A stretch of 64,000 nt of DNA from Camelus ferus (Eukaryota), in assembly GCF_009834535.1 (NCBI RefSeq), contig NC_045697.1, positions 83,764,001 to 83,828,000 of the forward strand, given 5' to 3'. Below are positions 51,497 through 64,000 of the stretch, piece after piece. A model generated the notes under the pieces. It was not told the origin of the DNA and ran no database searches. It saw nothing but the letters and a program-made list of their open reading frames with translations. The translations under genes and the position numbers were made by a program. Within the stretch, counting starts at the first letter, position 1, and every line of letters begins with the position of its first letter.

Positions 51497-54479
51497 AATT
51501 TTAAAGCATATAAGCATGATTTAAGAGTAGTGTAAAAAAAAAAAAACAAAAAAACTTCCAAAGCAAAATATAAGAAAATATAATCACAAATGTAAGCTTG
51601 TCAGTTAACTGACTCCCTGAATTTTAAATCCCACCACCTCCTTGAGATGATACTGACAGGATATTGGATCAGAATGGCATCAGGACCTCTTTGGGGAACA
51701 GTCCCAGTTGTCTAATTGCTTTCAGGTGAAAGATTGCCATTCCGTTTGATACTTGGCTTTTGCCTACTTTTAGTTCTGAGCTTATAACCTGCTGGTCATA
51801 CTCTTAGAAATTAGTCTTTGTCATTAACTTTATAAAGGAAGCAGTGTGCTGTCTCAGCTTCTAATGTATGGCACATAGTAAGTGCTCAATAAATAAATGG
51901 TCCCTTACTCTTTGCTTGACTAGTAATTGGAACTAATTCCTGGAGGATTTTTAATACCCTTCTCTTTTTACTTCTTTTCCTTTCTACTGTTTCTTACTGC
52001 AGAACAGGAGTGTTTTTATAGTAAGGATTTTTTTCTCTCAAATAAGAGAACATCATCTTTGAGGCTGAGGAAACAAAGTAATTTCCACTGACTCCTTAAG
52101 TCATTGGACTTACAGAGTCAGTTTCCTTTGGTCTGACTTTAAAAGCATCTGACTCTTTTCTTAAGATATAAAGGTTTTTTTTAAGTTCTTTCTTTAATAA
52201 ACTTTTTAAAGATTTACATATGTGTACTGCATTGTTTCTAAGAACAGTTTAGAGCTTTAGCTTTTTAAACTTACATAGTTATCAAAAGAATAAAGCCAAC
52301 CACGAAATAAGAATCAACAGAATGCAGTAACCCAATCATAAAGGACAGTCAAATGTCCTTACACATATTCAGGAAATCAATCACCTAAGTTATAAATAAT
52401 AAGTAGTTCATTTGTGTCCCTTTTTTTAGATTCCACTTATAAACGATTCTTTCCTAAAGATAAAACATTTTTAAATAATTATGTCAAATGCAAGCTATTA
52501 AAGTAAGGCAAATTATTTAACCCCATCTGTTTCACCTTGTTAATAATAGCTTAAGGAAAAAGTTAGACTACATTCCTCCTATTTGTAATAGTGGACCTGA
52601 GGGAGAGGAGATTGCCTGAGAGTGAGGAGAGGACAGGACATTTGATGATGGGCACAGGGTGGTACCCAGGAGTCTTGGGAAAACTGCTTGTGGATCGGTA
52701 ACATTGCCTCAGGGAGAGATGACCTCACCAGGAAATAGCTGGGTGTTGCACCCAGAAAAGTGCTGGTCCCCAGACTACACCTGCATTTCCCCCACACAGT
52801 ATGGAAGCATAGGAGCCCTGGACTTCAGGAGACAATGGGGCTTTGACATCAGTCATTAGTGTGCACCAGAGATAGGAAAGCTTCCCTGCCACTCCTGTGA
52901 AACAGATTCAGATTCAATCAGGTTGATATTAAACACATGACTTTTTTTTTGTACACTGGAGTTTGCTCTTGCAAATACATATCAATGTGCTGAATCTGAG
53001 TTCCCCCTAATTCATAAATGTAATAGCCTTTTTGCCAAATAGGCATAGTAAGTCCTTAAGTGGGGTAGCATTAAAACCCATGCGTTATGCTAAAACTGTA
53101 TTTTTCAAACATTAATATATTTTTAAAGAAACAGTTTTTCATGGAACCAAGGGATACCTCAATTTGAAGAACACTAACTTAAAGTCTTACTCTGTAAAAG
53201 GTCTTAAAATTGAAAAATCTATGACAGAAGAGCTTTGTGTATATAACTGGTAATTTTTTTTAATGTCATGAAAATAAAAAGCACACTATAAAAATTCTTG
53301 CACAACTTATATTTTTGAGACTGGATCTGCAGTCACTATTGTAATGCCAGTTCTTTAACTAGACACTAGTCACTTTGCTTCCCCAAATTGACTTTTTTCT
53401 TTATGTGACTTAAAACTGGATTGTCATGTTTTAAGTTTGGATGACAATGGCTCTGGAGATTGTAAGGACATACTATGGGAACTGGGAGAGTTTGGCCTGG
53501 ACAAGGTACATAAGGATATGTGATAGCCTTTGAACTATCTGAAAACTGCCATCAAGTGGAAGAATTCACCTGTGGCCTCAAAAGACAGAGTTTGCACAAA
53601 AAGGGGAAATTTCAGAAAAACAGTCTGCTTAATATAATTTTCTAACAAACAGAACTGGTCACAAATGACTGCTTGAGAAGTAGTAAGCTGTCCATCACTA
53701 GTTCTTAAGCAGAGGCCAGGAGACACCCACTGGAGAGGATGACTAGGGGGTTCTGTTGCCTCTTTCAACTAAGATTTTTTTTTTCCTTTTTATCGAGATT
53801 ATTCAGTATTACATCTTGTGTTTTCAGCAGCTATAATTTACATAGTTAATTCTCCCCAAAGAATTGTCTTCTCTGGAAGACTACTGACTAACCTTTCTGG
53901 GAGGTTTCAGACAACGGTCTATAATGCCTCCTAGTGGAGGTGAAGTTCAATTTCAGATTATCTTTGACCATGATCTGAATTTTGATCTTTACTCTGTCGT
54001 TTTATTAATAGAGAAACATGTTTCCATCTGACAACATTTGAAAAAAAAAAAAAGACTGATAAACTATTCCTAATTATTCTCAGTCTACTGTCATTAGGTT
54101 CCATTTCTAGGAAGTAGAGTTAGTACCATTTAATAACACCCTCAAACATGTAACTTCTTGAATGAGTGAACTCTTATTTTTTGATAACGGTTCTCCAACA
54201 ATCAAAAGTCAGATTCTTCCCTTTGGTTTATATATTACTGAAGTTTTGATTCAACATTTAAAACGGCTTGGGTTGCAGTTTTCTCATATTGATGAGTTTA
54301 TTTTAATTGCTGAAACTATCTTTTAACTAGATGCTTCTATAGCATTTAAAGATGCTTGGTTTTGAGATTATCAGTTAAGATACTCATGGCATATAGGAGT
54401 CAGGTTAGTCCTAGTTTTCATGATCCTTAGCAAGTTTAATTTAAAACCCTAATAAAATAGTAACAACAATGAACCGTGA

Positions 54480-54630
54480 TGACTGGATGGCACTGTGTGC
54501 CAGGGACTGTTCTAGCATTTTACACTTATTAACTTAATCCTTGGAACAAATGAGTAGGAAACTGAGGTACCGAAAGCCTTCTGACTCACCTGTATCACAC
54601 AGCTAGTGGTGGAGCTAGTATAGAAATCCA
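54480..54630 (-). mobile_element. MIR SINE
   Basis: ctgtgtgccagggactgttctagcattttacac...ggaaactgaggtac...cacacagctagt. Confidence 0.65.
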
Positions 54631-54639
54631 TGTGGTGGT

Positions 54640-56560
54640 TTTATTTTTTTAGATTTCTACATATAAGTGATATCATACAGTATTTGGCTTTCTCTGACTT
54701 ACTTCACTTAGCATAATCCTCCAGGTTCATCCATGTTGTTGCAAATGACAAAATTTCATTCTTTTTTATGGCTGAGTAGTCCATTGTATATATACACCAT
54801 GTATTTTTCCTTTATTTGTTGATGGACACTTGTTTCCATATCTTGGCAATTGTAAATAATGCTGCTGTGGACTTTGGGGTGTGTGTATCTTTTTGAATTA
54901 GTGTAATTTTTTTTCCCCAGATATATACCCAGGAGTGGAATTGCTGGGTCATATGGTAGTTCTATTTAATTTTTTGAGGACCCTCCATACTGTTTTCCAC
55001 AGTGGCTTTACCAATTTACAGTCCCACCAACAGTGTACAAGGGTTCCCTTTTCTCCACATCCTCTCCAGTATTTATTTGTGGTCTTTTTGATGGAGAGCC
55101 ATTCTGGTGGGTGTGAGATGATGCCTTATTGTGGTTTCAATTTCCATTTCTATGATGATCAGCAATACTGAGCATCTTTTCATGTGTCTGTTGGTCATCT
55201 GTATGTCTTCTTTGGAAAAATGTTCAGGTCTTCTACCCATTTTTTAATTGGGTTGTTTATTCTTTTGATGTTGTATCAGATGTTTATATATTTTAGATAT
55301 TAGCCCCTTATCTGTCATATCATTTGCAAATATTTTCTCTCATTCAGCAGGTTGTTTTTTCATTTTGTTGATGGCTTCCTTTGCTGTGTGAAAACTTTTA
55401 AGTTTAATTAGGTCCCTCTTGTTTTTGCTTTTGCTTTTCTTTTGCTTTAAGAGACAGATCTTAAAAAATATTGCTGTGATTTGTGTTAAAGAGTGTTCTG
55501 CCTATGTTGCCTTCTAGGTTTTATGATTTTAGGTCTTACATTTAGGTCTTTAATCCATTTTGAGTTTATTTTTGTATACGGTGCTAGAGAATGTTGTAAT
55601 TTCACTCTTTTACATGTAGCTGTCCAGTTTTCCCAGCACTACTTATTGAAGAAACTACCTTTTCTCCATTGTATAGTCTTCCCTCCTTTGTCATGGATTA
55701 ACTGACCATAAGTTCATGGGTTTATTTCTGGGCTAGAGCGGTCTCCCTGGAGGCCGGGGCCGGGGCCAGGGCCCAGGGGATTCTGGGACTGGTCCCTGTC
55801 CATTGGTGGGTGGAGCTGGGTCCCTGAGTCTCTGGCTAGAGGGCTCTGGGAATCCCGGGTCTAGTGCCTGTGCCTGGTGTGTGGCACCAGGTCCTAGACC
55901 CTCTGGTGGGCAGGGCAATGTCTAGGGACTCTTAAAGGAGCCTGTCTGCTGGTAGGTGGGGCCGTGTTCCCACCCAGTTAGTTGCTTGGTCTGAGGTGTC
56001 CCAACACTGGTGCGTACAGGCTGTTGGGTGCCAGGGCAGGGCTGGGTCCTGGGGCTAATAAGCTACAGGGAAGGTTCCAAAGTGCTACTTGCCAGCACCA
56101 GTCTACGTGGTAGAGCAAGCTTCTAAAAATGACTGCCACTAATGTCTGCGTCCCCAGGGTGAGCTGCAGTTACCTCCTGTCTCTCAGGGAGACTCTCCAG
56201 GATCAGCAGGTAGGTTCTCCCCTACCCCCTGAGACTCTCAAAGCTAAGTCCCACTGGCCTTCACAGCCAGATGCTCTTGGGGGGCTCATCTTCCCAGTGC
56301 AGGAGCCCAGTGTGGGGTTCAGACCTCTCACTCCTTTGGAAGAACCTTTGCAATTATAATTATTCTTCCATCTTGGGGTATGGGGCTTGACTATATCTCC
56401 AGTCTACCCCTCTTACCTGACTTGTGGTTCCTTCTTTATATCTTTACTTCTAGAAGTTTCAGTCTTTTTCATTGATGTTTGCTCTGCAAATAGCTGTGAC
56501 TCTGGTGTGCCTGTGAGAGGAGATGAGCTCAAGGTCTTTCTACTCTGCCATCTTGGCTGA
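54640..56560 (-). mobile_element. Internally deleted L1: 5' UTR (55733-56560) joined to the ORF2 3' end and part of the 3' UTR (54640-55732)
   Basis: Minus strand begins gccaagatggcagagtagaaagaccttgagctcatctcctctcac (L1 5' end with YY1 motif); GC-rich 5' UTR abuts ORF2 sequence at ~55732. Confidence 0.82.
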
Positions 56561-57479
56561 GCTGATTCATTAGATTGTCTTCAAGTGAATTAGGAGTGTG
56601 TTCTGGACTTCTGTCTCACATAGAGCCTGGTGCCTAGAACTGCTCTAGGTGTGGTCTCACCTCAAAGTGGGACCATCGCCAGACACATTTGACAGGCCAT
56701 CCTTGTAAAAAGTAGCTTGAGACCATATACGCTTTCATCCCACTATAGGTTCATACTGACTAATCCCCTAAGTTCTTTTTAAAATGCCTGTTGTTTCCAA
56801 GAAGCATCTGCATGTGCATTTGTTTTTTGGACACAAGTTCAGGATCCTACATTTCTTGTTAAACTCATCCAAATCGATGAATCTGAAACATCATGCCAGA
56901 TGGCTAACTTGTGGGAAGATTTTAATCCTGTCAGTATATTTGTTATTCTACTCAATTTCACGTTATCTTCAAATTTTAAAATACACCTTATTAGCCATAT
57001 AATCATAGACAAAGTAGTTAGCTACTTCAAGCCTGTTTCATGTGTGAATGGGGCTGATAATAAGATTAGGGTTGCTGTCAAGACTAAATGTGGAAATGTT
57101 CACAAAATAGGTAATGCAGTTCTTGGGACATCATATGCATTCAGTGTACTTTAGCTTTTATTTATTCACATCATTGATATCAAAGTCGAAGAGAGCAATA
57201 AGAACAGATAACTTGTCACACCACTTAAAACTACTCTCCTAGGTTTATGTATATTCATTAATAGTCTCATGTAGCCTGTTTTTATTTTGCTCACAAGAAC
57301 ATACCGGAGAACTTTTAAATTGCCTTTTTTGAGTATATGGTCTCTGATATTTTAGATTGATTTATTTATTATCCCCAACTCTCAAAAAAAAATAGTTTTC
57401 AGCTTTTTCTAAGACACTTTAAATACTACCCTTATTTCTTTTTAAAATCTCAAAATACCTAAAAAAATGAATTCTAGTG

Positions 57480-58158
57480 GCTAAGAGCATATGAAGTGAT
57501 TTATTGATACTGGTTAAGTTCCATTATATACAGGTAGAAACCTTCAGAATTGTGCAGAGAACCATTAAGAATATTGATAAAGACAGTTTTTATAGACAGA
57601 ACAACTGGAAAATAGTTTTAATATACAATTATGAAAAAAATGTAGAACACAAATTGTTCTACCAAATAGATTCCAACGTTATTTAAAAGTCTGCTATGCA
57701 AACCTTAAGTTGAAAAACATGTTCAGTGGGGTTACATGGTTTTAAAAAAAAAGTACAATGTAAAAATTAAGGTTTTTTTCCCTCACTGCAAATGGGAGAA
57801 GAACCAAAACAACTGTTTACCCCAAATGTATACATTTTGAAAAATAATTTATATGTCTAACACAAAATTGAGAATGTTTACAAGTTCTGTAAACTATGCC
57901 TTCCATGAAATGCAAAGTGTATCAATTTTAACAGGTAAAAATTGTGCAATCAGAAATTGACTGTTCCCTTTAAGGTACAAGTGTACCTTCACTGGCTTTA
58001 TACCTGAGCACCAAAGATGAAGTCCTAAATGCCATCTTGGAAAGATATTCTGAAAATGAGCAAGAAATTAAAAGTAGCCTATTAGCATCTGGAGAATTAG
58101 GCACCAAGAAGGAGATTATCTCCTTAGAAATGCAGATTCAACAGTCCAGAAGGTTCAG
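57480..58158 (-). other. SEC24D: SEC24D 3' UTR with candidate poly(A) signal
   Basis: AU-rich sequence after the stop; minus-strand AATAAA at 57500-57505. Confidence 0.6.
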
Positions 58159-62815
<4,657 letters not shown>

Positions 62816-64000
62816 TCATATATATATTTACTAAATAAAAATGAAATAAATAAGCAGTAGAAGTTGGTAACACAGGTTAGGAAATAACTGGAGTTCAAGA
62901 ACAGCATTTCCAGCTGCCCACAAGATAGCACTTCCTTTTTGTGCCTTGTGCATCTTAAACTCGCACAGACTCGTCACACACTGAACGAGTGCCACATGTC
63001 AGGTTCCAAGCAAAGTATCAACATGCTACAGAGGAGTGAGGCATGGTCCACGTCACAAGATGTCTAACACCCACTGGGGATAACAGACATATAAATAGGT
63101 AAACTATAATAAGGAAATTGCAATACGAGAGAGAGAAACTAAAACAGGAGATGCTTCGGGAATTCATTAGGTGTGTCACTACTGAATGATAACAGGAAAA
63201 AATCAAACTCCTACAATCCACAAACATGTTCTTCCTCTGTGTTTCCTATTTTAGATACTAGAACTACCAGATGAACCCTAACGTCACTGTTGCTTCACCT
63301 TCAATGAGTGAATGACTTCTTTCTATTCTGTCTTTATAATCCACCTGTACCCTCCTCTCCATCCTCACTTTAGCTCACCTGACCTCATTCTGACTTCCTG
63401 CTCACCGCTTCAAAGTACATACCATAATGTGATGCTACAAATAATAACACTACGCAGCAATTCTAGAAACAACTGGATGGGTTAAAAGAAATTACAAATA
63501 ATTTGCCTGTGTGTTTAAACTGCTTCTCAACTCAGTTACATAAATGTGGCTAAGAGTCAAGACTGACTGGTCTGAGTGTCACTTCCATTTAACAGCAAAT
63601 CAATGGACAAGGAAGTATCCAGAAGAAATATATATATAGGAGGTAATGATAATTTGCAAATAGAAATATCTGGTCTATAAATTCCTGATTTCTTTTTAGC
63701 TATCTTAATGATGAAAAAGAATATACACTGACCAGAATCCACACTGAAAGAAACATTCCCTCAAGGCTCTGTTAGGGTTTGTTCCTCAACTAAAATCCCT
63801 TTCAGGTGTCTTCTCATGATCCACTAAGTAAGAAATGGGTGAGACAGAACTAACTAGCTCAGGCAAAAATATTTCAGAGCAATTCTACTTTGCAGTTTGT
63901 TTTCCCTCTCAACTTTTCTCTCCTTTCAAAGAACCAAAGACTTACATAAATGCATGTTTCCTCATGTGAGTAGGACACTTTCTTGTCTTCTTGTGATTTT

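Larger units (their letters stand above)
46717..51515 (+). other. METTL14: METTL14 3' UTR, probably with alternative polyadenylation
   Basis: AATAAA at 47209, 47549 and 51491 (the last preceded by a TGTA element); interval appears poor in interspersed repeats; exact end not determinable from sequence. Confidence 0.5.

Overview
Mammalian genomic DNA, most likely camelid judging by tRNA-derived Vic-1-like SINEs and artiodactyl-type L1 ends. The window holds the complete METTL14 gene on the + strand: CpG-island promoter at ~22.5-23.2 kb, 11 coding exons from 22897 to 46716, 1365 nt spliced, 454 aa. Convergently on the - strand lie the last four coding exons and 3' UTR of SEC24D (62400 down to ~57480). 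The first 22 kb is intergenic and repeat-rich (L1, L2, MIR, MLT1, Charlie/MER3, SINEs). Most ORF-track entries are spurious or TE-derived. I found no convincing new multi-gene system. The most unusual local signals are: a diverged, in-frame partial copy of METTL14 exon 11 in its own 3' UTR; a 3 x ~180 bp tandem repeat just before exon 2; a hairpin at the last splice acceptor with a branch-point-like motif in its loop; a ~30 bp-period motif array in intron 10; a GC-AG intron; a sharply GC3/CpG-rich SEC24D exon; and an internally deleted L1 that keeps its 5' UTR. Comparisons with human sequence are from memory and need checking.
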